In this document: in pieces, positions 7,776-16,464 of the stretch
How positions within the stretch are numbered: position 1 is the stretch's first letter
Layout of the letters: every line of letters starts with the position of its first letter
Notes under the pieces: generated by a model
What the model was told of the DNA's origin: nothing
The model's input: only the letters and a program-made list of their open reading frames with translations
The model's database searches: none
IMG/VR virus record: IMGVR_UViG_3300020181_000006
Coordinates: 1-39,562 of that record
Strand: one strand, 5' to 3'
Source: a virus
Lineage: Duplodnaviria; Caudoviricetes
DNA length: 39,562 nt
Position numbers and translations under genes: made by a program

Positions 7776-8487
7776 GCGATTTACAGATACCGAAATATGG
7801 GAAAAGTCATGGTTTATGGAACTTTCCCTCAAGCACAAATGCTTAATCAGATTCCTATTTGATAAATGTGACGCTGCCGGTGTGTGGCAGCCTAATCTTC
7901 TGCTTGCAAGTGTTTTCATTGGTGAGAGAGTAACCAAGGAAGATTTTGAGGTATTAAAAGACCAGATCGAATACCTGCCTAACGGGAAAATTTTTATAAA
8001 GGACTTCGTAAAATTTCAATACGGAGAACTTACTTCCGCCTGTCCTCCACACCGAAAGGTGATAGCTCTACTAAAAAATTACGGTCTCTTAGAAAGGGTA
8101 ACGGAAGGGTATTATAAGGGTAATAATACCCTGCAAGAAGAAGAAGAATATAAAGAAGAAGAAAAAGAAAAGGAAAAAGAAGGGGGGATTACAAAGGGGG
8201 GTATTCCCGATTACTCAGAGTTCGAAGAGTATGCCGAAGAAAAGGCATTGGAATTTAACATCGCCATAGATGCCGCAAAACTCAAGGCCAAGTACAACGC
8301 ATGGAAGGAGGCCGGATGGCGTACCGGTGGAAGTAAGAGCAAAGGAGGTGACCGCGCGATAAAAAACTGGAAATCCACGCTTTGCAACACGATTAACTTC
8401 CTTCAGCCGGAAACAGGTTTGAAAAAAGAAAAAAGGGGAGCCGTAGCGGCAATCGAAAGCTTCCAAAACACGAGAATGTATGAATGA
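7768..8487 (+). CDS. Replication initiator protein
   Basis: N-terminal KRFTDTEIW..WF..L domain, E/K-rich linker containing iterons, C-terminal ..GW...IKNWKS domain. Confidence 0.75.
   Translation: MSKRFTDTEIWEKSWFMELSLKHKCLIRFLFDKCDAAGVWQPNLLLASVFIGERVTKEDFEVLKDQIEYLPNGKIFIKDFVKFQYGELTSACPPHRKVIALLKNYGLLERVTEGYYKGNNTLQEEEEYKEEEKEKEKEGGITKGGIPDYSEFEEYAEEKALEFNIAIDAAKLKAKYNAWKEAGWRTGGSKSKGGDRAIKNWKSTLCNTINFLQPETGLKKEKRGAVAAIESFQNTRMYE
8094..8208 (+). repeat. Putative replication origin (iterons) inside the initiator gene
   Basis: AAGGGTA at 8094, 8105 and 8116 (11-bp period), inverted TACCCT at 8127, then an A-rich purine tract and two G runs. Confidence 0.65.
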
Positions 8488-9244
8488 ATTAGTAAGACAA
8501 TCAGGGGCTTTAATCGATATGCCCCCGGTTAAACAGGTCGCAAAAACGGAGTTGTTCCAAGCTGTCAATGCAGCAATAGGCAAATCCTTCGCGGATGCTG
8601 GAGTAAAAATGCTGGACGACAATGACCGGGACTATCTGGTCAACCAGGTCGTAAAGGACATTCAAACCTACACGCCAAACCTTCGCCTGGAGGAAATCGG
8701 AATTGCCTTCCAAAACGGTGTAAGGGGCAAATACGGGGATTACTTCGGCCTCAATGTGGTTACGTTCAATAAGTTCCTTGTAGCCTACCTGTCCAGCGGG
8801 GAACGGGATCAGCGGATACTGAAAGAAGCCGACCCGGAACCGGAACCGGCCCCTCCTGCGCCAGAAGAATACGATCAGCGCTGCATGGGGCATCTGAAGG
8901 ATGCGTTCAAAATTGTTTCCGAGGGAGGGTTTTTTGAGGACTTCGGTAATTTCCTGTATACATGGCTGGACAAAGAAAAGGGTGTGATAAAATTATCCAA
9001 AGAACGCAGGTGGAAAATTTGGGAGGAAGCCGAAACGAAACTACTTCTCGAAAAAGAGGAAGAAAAAAACGCTGCAACAGACTACCTAAAACGAAAGCAG
9101 ATATCGCTGATCATTGAAAAAATTCAGGCCAAATCAAAAAATGACCTGGTAGAAATAAAGGCGAAAAAAATTGCCTTGAATACTTGGATAAAGGATCAAA
9201 TAGAGTTTGGAGGAACGCCAGAAAGCATATTTAACAATGAATGA
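8480..9244 (+). CDS. Replication-module protein (possible helicase loader)
   Basis: Directly follows the initiator; EEIGIAFQNGVRGKYG motif. Confidence 0.55.
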   Translation: MNELVRQSGALIDMPPVKQVAKTELFQAVNAAIGKSFADAGVKMLDDNDRDYLVNQVVKDIQTYTPNLRLEEIGIAFQNGVRGKYGDYFGLNVVTFNKFLVAYLSSGERDQRILKEADPEPEPAPPAPEEYDQRCMGHLKDAFKIVSEGGFFEDFGNFLYTWLDKEKGVIKLSKERRWKIWEEAETKLLLEKEEEKNAATDYLKRKQISLIIEKIQAKSKNDLVEIKAKKIALNTWIKDQIEFGGTPESIFNNE

Positions 9245-9419
9245 ACTAACCCAATACATCGGGAAAACCGTCCGATTTGAGTACGTAAAAAACGGCCAAA
9301 AACACGTGGTTGTAGACCACCTAAAAACGGTTCAGGAAGACAGGATCAAGGTCGGAGACACGTGGCTGCCCACTACCGGAGCATTTATTATTTCAGAAGT
9401 TGAATACAAAGGATCATGA
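9237..9419 (+). CDS. Hypothetical protein
   Basis: Coupled ORF. Confidence 0.6.
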   Translation: MNELTQYIGKTVRFEYVKNGQKHVVVDHLKTVQEDRIKVGDTWLPTTGAFIISEVEYKGS

Positions 9420-9640
9420 AGCCAGGACAAAAAATAGACAAAAGCCTTACGGCAAAGTTTGAGGCGCTTTTCCTTTATGAAAAGGGAGTTCATATAGCCC
9501 AAATTGGAATTATCCAGAAGGTCCACAGGACAACTATCTACAACCGATTGGCGACAATTCAGGGGTATATATCTGTATACCCGTCTATTAAGGCGCAGTA
9601 CCAGGAATACGCCAACAAAATAGAAAGGCGACCCTCTTGA
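9416..9640 (+). CDS. Small HTH protein
   Basis: IAQIG...VHRTTIYNRL. Confidence 0.65.
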   Translation: MKPGQKIDKSLTAKFEALFLYEKGVHIAQIGIIQKVHRTTIYNRLATIQGYISVYPSIKAQYQEYANKIERRPS

Positions 9641-10203
9641 TGCAGCGTAATTCTACCATAAAGATGAAAGAGGGCAAATGCCTTGACTGTGACTATAACG
9701 GGCCGCTGATAGCTGGTAGGTGCCAAAGTCATTATAAACGGCACAGAGCGGCTGTAAATAAGAAGAAACCGGAAACGATAGAGGTCAGGTCAATTCAAAA
9801 ATACAACAACCGTTCAATCAGCTGGCTGATAAAAAAAGCTACCCAGGTATTCAACAAGTACATCCGGGAAAGAGACAGCAACGGAGATTCATTTACCTGT
9901 ATTTCCTGCGGGGAACTCAAATCATTAAAGCAGATCCAGGCCGGACATTATTTGTCCGCAGGGCATAACGGAGTAGTAAGGTTCAACGAAGATAACGTGC
10001 ATGCCCAATGCATCAGATGTAATACGTATTTGAGCGGGAACCAATTGAAATACCGGGAGAACCTGATTAAAAAAATAGGGTCGGAAAGGTTGGAATTACT
10101 TGAAAGGATAGCCAAGCAATCAGGGCACCGCTGGGATCGGTTTGGATTGATCCATTTGATTGAGACGTACAAACAAAAAATTAAGGATTATGACATTCGA
10201 TGA
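9640..10203 (+). CDS. ninG: NinG/Rap-family HNH endonuclease
   Basis: FNKYIRERD, CISCG, QAGHY, RFNEDNVHAQC..CN..LSGN. Confidence 0.88.
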   Translation: MQRNSTIKMKEGKCLDCDYNGPLIAGRCQSHYKRHRAAVNKKKPETIEVRSIQKYNNRSISWLIKKATQVFNKYIRERDSNGDSFTCISCGELKSLKQIQAGHYLSAGHNGVVRFNEDNVHAQCIRCNTYLSGNQLKYRENLIKKIGSERLELLERIAKQSGHRWDRFGLIHLIETYKQKIKDYDIR

Positions 10204-10393
10204 AATGACCGAAGCCGTTAGGGAGGCCAAAGAAACAACAAGAAGGGCCGATTCTATGGTAGGCGACATGCTTGAAATTATTTATAACCGGATCCGGCTT
10301 GCTCCCGATAATTATTGGAACAATAAGCGGTTGGCTTATCTCAAAAAGTCACTGCAGGATTTTGATGCAAAGCAGCTAAAATGGAAAGACTAA
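10190..10393 (+). CDS. Hypothetical protein
   Basis: Coupled ORF. Confidence 0.6.
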   Translation: MTFDEMTEAVREAKETTRRADSMVGDMLEIIYNRIRLAPDNYWNNKRLAYLKKSLQDFDAKQLKWKD

Positions 10394-10599
10394 AGGACTT
10401 TTTGAAAATGGTACCCCTTGCCGGAAAGCGTTTTTGTGAATTTGTAGCCCTTTTTAAAGGCCCGATGAAAGATAATATAAGAAGGGCATTGTGGCTCCAT
10501 GTTGGAAAAATGCAAATGGAATTTAGAAAGGTTTGTATCAAAGCAAACAACCTCATTGTTTTCAATCGCCACGTACAGAGCCTTTATGTCCTTATTCAT
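10390..10599 (-). CDS. Small counter-oriented gene with its own promoter (69 aa, MNKDIK...)
   Basis: Minus-strand TTTG-N20-TACATTTG at 10636-10605 directly upstream of the ATG. Confidence 0.6.
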   Translation of the reverse strand: MNKDIKALYVAIENNEVVCFDTNLSKFHLHFSNMEPQCPSYIIFHRAFKKGYKFTKTLSGKGYHFQKVL

Positions 10600-10702
10600 A
10601 AAAACAAATGTAAAATAATTGGTACATATTTTCAAATATATTTGTAAGTGTAAAATTATTGGCTTATTTTTACATAAGCAATTGACATTAACACTTAAAG
10701 AC

Positions 10703-10891
10703 ATGGAAACGATCACTATAAAAAAGACGCATAAGGATGTTTGGATGAAACGTTTCGATGACTATGAGAAAAAGTTCACAAGGATTTCAAAGAAAGAAGG
10801 GTTAGAGAGCCTTAAGCTTGCAGGCAGGATTATTTGCAATGACGGGGAGCCTGTTTCTGGAAGGTATCAAATGTGGTGTTACGTAAACTAA
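10703..10891 (+). CDS. Hypothetical protein
   Basis: ORF after an AT-rich regulatory gap. Confidence 0.55.
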   Translation: METITIKKTHKDVWMKRFDDYEKKFTRISKKEGLESLKLAGRIICNDGEPVSGRYQMWCYVN

Positions 10892-10898
10892 AACAACC

Positions 10899-11186
10899 AT
10901 GCAAGAGAGCATAATGCCCCTAATACTTGCCATCGGCGTATTCCTATTTATCGTAGTGCCAGCTTATTTCATTGTTGTGGCCCCAGGCATTTCGATTCAT
11001 AAAAAAACTGCAGCCTCTATAAAGCCAGTAGAAGGCCAAAGATACCTGTACGCGAGAGAAGGAAATGCCTATGATGGATTTACGGGGGTATGCCATTACG
11101 ATTCAGATTCCGTAAGCCTGTTTTCTGGAACGGCTTGGCTCGTAGCAATTGAACGAAAATCATTCAAGTACCTGATAAAAGTTTAA
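10899..11186 (+). CDS. Membrane-anchored hypothetical protein
   Basis: N-terminal TM helix. Confidence 0.6.
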   Translation: MQESIMPLILAIGVFLFIVVPAYFIVVAPGISIHKKTAASIKPVEGQRYLYAREGNAYDGFTGVCHYDSDSVSLFSGTAWLVAIERKSFKYLIKV

Positions 11187-11224
11187 CCCCTCCCCCGGTA
11201 ACATCCGGGGGTTAAAAAGAAAAG

Positions 11225-11515
11225 ATGAAAAGATACACATACATAAAAAAGCAAGCTGACGAGCTTTTCCGACTCAATGAGAAAATGGAAAAGCTTTCCG
11301 ATCGATACCAAAGCGAAAACACTTCCCAAAAGCAAATCCAGAAGATCAATGCTGAAATGAACTGGCTCGGCATGCAAATCGGTCAGACCGAGGAAAGAAT
11401 AGCTTTCGGCCTTGGTCTTATACAGCCAGAACAGGTGCAAAAAGAATGGAATCCCAGCGGATGGCATCGGTACGCAGGAATCGAGGAAGAGTTGAAACGA
11501 GTTGAATTTTCGTAA
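11225..11515 (+). CDS. Hypothetical protein
   Basis: ORF in the operon with an A-rich leader. Confidence 0.65.
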   Translation: MKRYTYIKKQADELFRLNEKMEKLSDRYQSENTSQKQIQKINAEMNWLGMQIGQTEERIAFGLGLIQPEQVQKEWNPSGWHRYAGIEEELKRVEFS

Positions 11516-11537
11516 TCAAAGCCAACAGTAAAATAAC

Positions 11538-11813
11538 ATGGAAAAGAAACACACCCCGGGCCCCTGGCACCGAAACGTTCCTCCCGCCACTAAATACCCC
11601 ACTATATTTTCAGGTATCAATACTCATGTATCGCGGGTAGTTGTAGACGGTTTGTCTCCCGAAGAAGTGGACGCTAATGCAAGCCTGATAGCCTGCGCTC
11701 CTGAAATGCTTGAAATGCTGAACCAACTCGCGGAAGAACTGGAATGGCATGGCGTATCTCTTTTAAAGGCAAAAGAAGCAAGGGAATTAATCAAAGTAGC
11801 CACAACACTATAA
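11538..11813 (+). CDS. HTPGPW-motif phage protein
   Basis: KHTPGPW...ANASLIACAPEML. Confidence 0.8.
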   Translation: MEKKHTPGPWHRNVPPATKYPTIFSGINTHVSRVVVDGLSPEEVDANASLIACAPEMLEMLNQLAEELEWHGVSLLKAKEARELIKVATTL

Positions 11814-11815
11814 AA

Positions 11816-12181
11816 ATGCAAAAGAATTACAAAGATTTTTCGCTTGAAAAAGCACTCGCCGGAGAACCCGTAGTAACACGGAACGGAAGAAAAGTACAGC
11901 AGCTGCATTTGTTTGATGCTAAAAGCACACAGTATCCCATTCACGGGGTATCGGAAGGCTATGTTTGGGCATGGACACGGAAAGGAACGGTTTATACCTT
12001 AGAAAGAGAAGACCCTATGGACCTTTTCATGTTGCCCCGTGAAGTAACCTATTGGGTGAATGTGTATAGGTCGCCCGGCAGCCTGACAGTAAGCAATATA
12101 TTCGAAAGCGAAGATCACGCATTAACTTATGAGGACGACTGTTCTTACGTCAAAACTATCTCCTTCACAATAAATGAATGA
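11816..12181 (+). CDS. Conserved phage hypothetical protein
   Basis: FSLEKALAGEPVVTRNGRKV...DLFM motif. Confidence 0.75.
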   Translation: MQKNYKDFSLEKALAGEPVVTRNGRKVQQLHLFDAKSTQYPIHGVSEGYVWAWTRKGTVYTLEREDPMDLFMLPREVTYWVNVYRSPGSLTVSNIFESEDHALTYEDDCSYVKTISFTINE

Positions 12182-12680
12182 AACCATGAGAGAAAATCTT
12201 TTTCGCGGAAAGCGAGTAGATAATGGGGAATGGGCGTATGGCAGTTATCATTGCTGTGAAGGCGCTATTCGGGGCCCAGGAAACACCGTCATCAATATTA
12301 ACAAGCATTGGATTTTAGAGCGACGCGTACCTGATTATGTGGGATGGGACATTCGTGATTCCTTTATCGCGCGAGAAGTTGAACCCGCAACCGTGAGCCA
12401 ATTCACCGGCCTTAAAGACAAGAACGGTGTAGATATTTATGATGGGGATATTGTTACCATGGATAGTTATCCGTTCTTCGACAATGATATTCCTAATTAT
12501 ATAGGAACGGTCGAATGGATTTTTAATGCATGGCAACTCGTTCTTTATTGTGTAAACCCTCTTAAAAGTGGTATTTCTGGCGGTGTTAATGGGAATATCG
12601 AAGATGAGAAACAAACTCAATTCCAGATCATCGGCAACACCCACGACAATCCTGACTTACTTAAAACCAAACAGAAATGA
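12174..12680 (+). CDS. YopX-family protein
   Basis: FRGKRVDNGEW.YG...QFTGLKDKNG.DIYDGDI...IIGN.HDNP.LL. Confidence 0.9.
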   Translation: MNETMRENLFRGKRVDNGEWAYGSYHCCEGAIRGPGNTVININKHWILERRVPDYVGWDIRDSFIAREVEPATVSQFTGLKDKNGVDIYDGDIVTMDSYPFFDNDIPNYIGTVEWIFNAWQLVLYCVNPLKSGISGGVNGNIEDEKQTQFQIIGNTHDNPDLLKTKQK

Positions 12681-12904
12681 TATACCCAGTAACATATTAC
12701 GGCGCAAAATGCGATAACTGCGGCAAAGAATGGGCGGACGCAAACGAAGGGTATGCAGCGTATAACTGCGAAAACTATCTAAGTGATTGCTTAGATGAAG
12801 AAGGCTGGCACTTCGGCGGCGGGGAGGATAATAAGCACTACTGCCCCGACTGCCATGAAGTAGGAGATAATGATGAAATAGTTATTAAAAGCAAAAAGTT
12901 ATGA
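12677..12904 (+). CDS. Small zinc-finger protein
   Basis: CDNC...GW...HYCPDC. Confidence 0.75.
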   Translation: MIYPVTYYGAKCDNCGKEWADANEGYAAYNCENYLSDCLDEEGWHFGGGEDNKHYCPDCHEVGDNDEIVIKSKKL

Positions 12905-13306
12905 GCAACATAAATCAACAGGAATCACCAAAGCAGAAAACAATTCGCGAAGCATACGGGGATCAATGGGAAAAGGTGAGTGAAAAGAGTTGACGTGAAC
13001 GGTTGGTCGCCTTACCCATATGTTCAGGCGCACGATATAAAGGGATTGGAGTTAGAATTTACAGACGATTGTATGTTTCTTAGGCCCAAACTAATCTCTG
13101 GTATCGATAACAACAACGGCTGGATAAGAACAGACGAACGGTTGCCGGAGAATGATGATGTTGTTACTGTTTTTGAGGATAACTCTCAATATGATGCTTG
13201 GTATAACAAAGATGGAAAATATTGGGAATGCCCTTATGAGGGCGCGTATTCCACAAACCCTTCTCACTGGCGACCAAAAGAAAAATACCCAAAACCAATT
13301 TATTAA
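12901..13306 (+). pseudogene. DUF551-like protein split by an apparent +1 frameshift near 12982-12990
   Basis: Coupled ATG at 12901 reads ...IREAYGDQWEKVSEKS*; the +1 frame continues RVDVNGW...NNNGWIRTDERLPE...SHWRP. Confidence 0.55.
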
Positions 13307-13308
13307 CC

Positions 13309-13542
13309 ATGAAAGAAGAAATAACCGAACAGGCTTTAAGGGAAGAAGGGTTTACAAAGAGTTGGACAGAACGGGGATCCTTTGTTTTCAACAAATTTAA
13401 GGGATTCAATATTTACTGCGAGCCTGTAAGCGGTCATGTCTGGGTATCTTTTAGTTGGGAGCTTTTGGCATTCCCCGGATGCAAGACAATGACGGAACTT
13501 CGGCAATTGATTAAAATGCTTGGAGGGAAGACTGATGCGTAA
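13309..13542 (+). CDS. Hypothetical protein
   Basis: Coupled ORF. Confidence 0.65.
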   Translation: MKEEITEQALREEGFTKSWTERGSFVFNKFKGFNIYCEPVSGHVWVSFSWELLAFPGCKTMTELRQLIKMLGGKTDA

Positions 13543-14224
13543 TTTCATATACGGATATGTAGCTTATAACTACTTAACCGGCACATTCTCTTTTATTCCG
13601 GAAGAATGGCGTCCCATAAAAGGATATGAGGGTCTTTATGAAGTATCCAATATGGGGAGGGTTAGATCGAAACAAAGGCCCATATTGATGAAAAATAAAA
13701 AGACGAGGGTTCAGAGGGGGCAGCCAATGAAACATTTTATAAGCTCTACCGGGTATTTTGCGGTTAGATTGAGTAATCAGGGCGGTTGTAGAAATAAATT
13801 AATCCACAGACTGGTGGCGGAAGCGTTTATCTGTAATCCATATAACAAGCCACAGGTTAACCATTTAGATGGAGACAAACAAAACCCAATTATAAATAAC
13901 CTCGAATGGTCAACCCCAGAAGAGAATATGCGGCATGCTTACAATTACGGGCTCATGAATCTTCCGATGGGGGAAGGCCACTGCTGGCATAATGTTTTCG
14001 GAGGCATGCACCCAGCCGCCAAATCGGTAATCGATACTGTGAGCGGCCATATTTACCCATCATTAAGAGATGCCGCAAGGTCAGTGGGTATGAATTATAG
14101 CACATTGGCATGTAAGCTAAACGGAAGCAGAGGCAACGATACGACGCTCATGTATAGTGATCAATGGCACGACGCCCAGGATAAGACATTTGGACCCAAC
14201 TCATACTTATTTAAACGAATATGA
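13535..14224 (+). CDS. NUMOD4-HNH homing endonuclease
   Basis: EEWRPIKGYEGLYEVSNMGRVRS; HRLVAEAF...VNHLDGDK.N..NLEW; C-terminal HTH (YPSLRDAA). Confidence 0.92.
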   Translation: MRNFIYGYVAYNYLTGTFSFIPEEWRPIKGYEGLYEVSNMGRVRSKQRPILMKNKKTRVQRGQPMKHFISSTGYFAVRLSNQGGCRNKLIHRLVAEAFICNPYNKPQVNHLDGDKQNPIINNLEWSTPEENMRHAYNYGLMNLPMGEGHCWHNVFGGMHPAAKSVIDTVSGHIYPSLRDAARSVGMNYSTLACKLNGSRGNDTTLMYSDQWHDAQDKTFGPNSYLFKRI

Positions 14225-14640
14225 CAACCTCAGCAAAACACACCACTCCATGCAAGGGATGCGGGAAAGAAGTGCCTATGATCGGCGGCATATCGGATGT
14301 ATGGTGCCCGGAATGTGCAATATCGAAAACCAATAATAAAATTACAATAAAAACAGCAGAAGAACTATTAATAGAGAGATTTTGGATTAATCCAGATAGG
14401 ACCGGATTGGACCATATCAATATCAATTATTCCGATATAGATGAGCTCATGCAAGAATACGCAGATCAGGCCAGACAAGAGGAAAGGGAACGTATCGGGA
14501 GGGCCCTTGATAACCTTATACATCTTGCAGATATAATGTGGCTACAGACAGCACTACCGGGGCAGCACCATCCGGTTATTGAAACAGCCAGGCAAGTGCT
14601 TAAAGAAGCCGGTTACGACCCAAACAACCCCACTCCCTAA
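14221..14640 (+). CDS. Hypothetical protein with N-terminal zinc finger
   Basis: CKGC...CPEC. Confidence 0.65.
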   Translation: MTTSAKHTTPCKGCGKEVPMIGGISDVWCPECAISKTNNKITIKTAEELLIERFWINPDRTGLDHININYSDIDELMQEYADQARQEERERIGRALDNLIHLADIMWLQTALPGQHHPVIETARQVLKEAGYDPNNPTP

Positions 14641-14675
14641 TTAAGGAAACGGGGTAAAAACTTAAATAAGGAAAA

Positions 14676-14813
14676 ATGAGCAGTATAGACAAAGACAAAG
14701 CCGACCGGGAAACCATCGAAGAAATGGAATACCTGCTTCAGAAGCGAAATGAGCAAGGTTGGACACAGCAGGATGCCGATAGGTACAGGTATTTGGAAAG
14801 TACTTTAAAATAA
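14676..14813 (+). CDS. 45-aa hypothetical protein (not in ORF track)
   Basis: MSSIDKDKAD...ESTLK fills the gap between neighbours. Confidence 0.5.
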   Translation: MSSIDKDKADRETIEEMEYLLQKRNEQGWTQQDADRYRYLESTLK

Positions 14814-14819
14814 GGAACT

Positions 14820-15029
14820 ATGAGCAAGAAACATGTAATAATGGGAGTAGAAGGGAAAACCGGATTTGGTGTGCGTGACCCATACACTACCCTTAAATTG
14901 AAATACGACCGTATGAGAACCGAGCTTGAAAAGATAGAGGCTTATTGTGCCAGATTTGAATCAAACACCGTGGCACGAGTTGTTGCTGCGGCCGCAAACA
15001 AGGCCCTTCAGCAATCACAGGAGGGGTAA
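14820..15029 (+). CDS. Hypothetical protein
   Basis: Last ORF of the rightward operon. Confidence 0.6.
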   Translation: MSKKHVIMGVEGKTGFGVRDPYTTLKLKYDRMRTELEKIEAYCARFESNTVARVVAAAANKALQQSQEG

Positions 15030-15058
15030 CCCTTTCGCGCCGCAGCCCCATTGGCCGC

Positions 15059-15337
15059 CTACCTATAATACTCCATTATCCGGTTAGCAAATACTTCTAT
15101 CTCCTCAGATATCTTGTTCAGCACCTTGATACGATCACGAAGCCCGGCCTTTGGGTCGATCACTTTAAAGTCTTCCAGATGATCCTCTCCCAGGAGTTTC
15201 CTGCGCTTCATCGGCTCCCACCGCTTGAATGCTTCCAGGGCCTCCTCCGGTGTATACCACTTTTTAGTAGGGGCGTAATAGATCCAACACTTAGCCGAAC
15301 GCGCCATTTCTATTTTCTTTTCGAGCCCGATATACAT
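15059..15337 (-). CDS. Hypothetical protein behind a putative SOS box
   Basis: W.Y....KKWYTPEE motif, C-terminal helix; near-leaderless start behind TAGTTTTG. Confidence 0.7.
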   Translation of the reverse strand: MYIGLEKKIEMARSAKCWIYYAPTKKWYTPEEALEAFKRWEPMKRRKLLGEDHLEDFKVIDPKAGLRDRIKVLNKISEEIEVFANRIMEYYR

Positions 15338-15341
15338 TTAG

Positions 15342-15371
15342 CAAAACTAATTATTTTAGTAATTAAATTAG
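15342..15371. promoter_or_regulatory. Bacteroidota LexA-type boxes overlapping a promoter
   Basis: CTAA-TTATT-TTAG (15347-15359) and near copy GTAA-TTAAA-TTAG (15359-15371); the minus-strand -7 box TAGTTTTG (15349-15342) overlaps the first. Confidence 0.65.
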
Positions 15372-15439
15372 CTACGCTCCCGCATTTTGAGCATGTATTT
15401 GTGCAGATGACTGATAATTGAAATTTACTATATTCGACC

Positions 15440-15685
15440 GTGGTAGAGATAGCAACTATTAAGCTGCTGCGGCGGCTCCAGGAGGAAGGGTATACGATGC
15501 TTGTTTCCGGGCGTATGAACGGCCACGGGAACAATTTTTATTTCCCGGAGAAAACAGAACTAGATCTTGATGATTTTGTTTATTCCTTGCCCCTCGAGGA
15601 AGATCAGGCCCTTTCAATAGGAGATGCCCTGAGGTGGCTAACGGATGAAGAATTAAAGGAACTATGTGTAATAACATCAGCATAA
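15440..15685 (+). CDS. Acidic hypothetical protein
   Basis: Overlaps the SRAP start. Confidence 0.55.
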   Translation: MVEIATIKLLRRLQEEGYTMLVSGRMNGHGNNFYFPEKTELDLDDFVYSLPLEEDQALSIGDALRWLTDEELKELCVITSA

Positions 15686-16359
15686 AGACCCCCAATTATC
15701 AGCTGCTGGAAAGACAAACCAGCCTGCAGTTTCCCCCGGAACACAGGGAACTGTACAAGTCGTATTATGAGGTATCGGGATTTAACAAACCGCTTCTCCC
15801 GGTGGTGTCAACCGAGGCACCCAGGGAGCTGCGAATGTACCGCTGGTCGTTCCTTCCTGGATGGGTAAAGGATCCCGCGACATTCAAGGCGAATACACTG
15901 AATGCCCGGGCCGAAGAACTGTTTGAAAAACCAACTTATCGTTCCTACTGGCGCAACCGCTGCCTCCTTGTAACAACCGGGTTCTTTGAGCCGCACGAAG
16001 TAGACTACAGGAAGCAAAACGAAAGTTGGCACGTCCGGCCAAAAGAGGGGGAAATAATGTATCTGGGATGCGTCTGGTCGAGGTGGGGAGATACGAATAC
16101 CTTTTCGATTGTCACGACCGAGGCAAGTCCGTTAATGGCCCATGTTCACAACGGTAAAAACAGAATGCCGTTGATCCTGGATGATGAAAAAGCCGAAGCG
16201 TGGTTATTACCGGATCTCACAAAGGAAGAAATGGCAAAGCTGATGGAAACGCCGCAGCTGGATCACACTTTGGAGGCGTACCGCGTCATGGACGGGGTAA
16301 CAAATACCAGGCTCGATACGAACGTCCCTGAAGTTCTCGTGCCGCTTCAAAACCTGTAG
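15664..16359 (+). CDS. SOS response-associated peptidase (SRAP/YedK/HMCES family)
   Basis: N-terminal MC, LNARAE, RCL...GFFE, H..KNRMPLIL. Confidence 0.92.
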   Translation: MCNNISIKTPNYQLLERQTSLQFPPEHRELYKSYYEVSGFNKPLLPVVSTEAPRELRMYRWSFLPGWVKDPATFKANTLNARAEELFEKPTYRSYWRNRCLLVTTGFFEPHEVDYRKQNESWHVRPKEGEIMYLGCVWSRWGDTNTFSIVTTEASPLMAHVHNGKNRMPLILDDEKAEAWLLPDLTKEEMAKLMETPQLDHTLEAYRVMDGVTNTRLDTNVPEVLVPLQNL

Positions 16360-16430
16360 CTCTAAGAAAGTGATTGCTTTTCTTCCCCGGAGTAGGTAAA
16401 TTTGAGTAAAGTAGTTTTGTGGGGCACCTT

Positions 16431-16461
16431 AAACCCGGTTGCATTTGTGGCCGGGTTTTTC
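16431..16461 (+). terminator. Intrinsic terminator-like hairpin
   Basis: AAACCCGGTTGC..GTGGCCGGGTTT followed by a T run. Confidence 0.7.
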
Positions 16462-16464
16462 ATC

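Noticed and set aside
11184-11215. CCCCCGG-taacat-CCGGGGG hairpin (similar one at 2486-2505) as a repeat family or CRISPR
   Set aside because: Isolated intergenic hairpins with no regular repeat-spacer array
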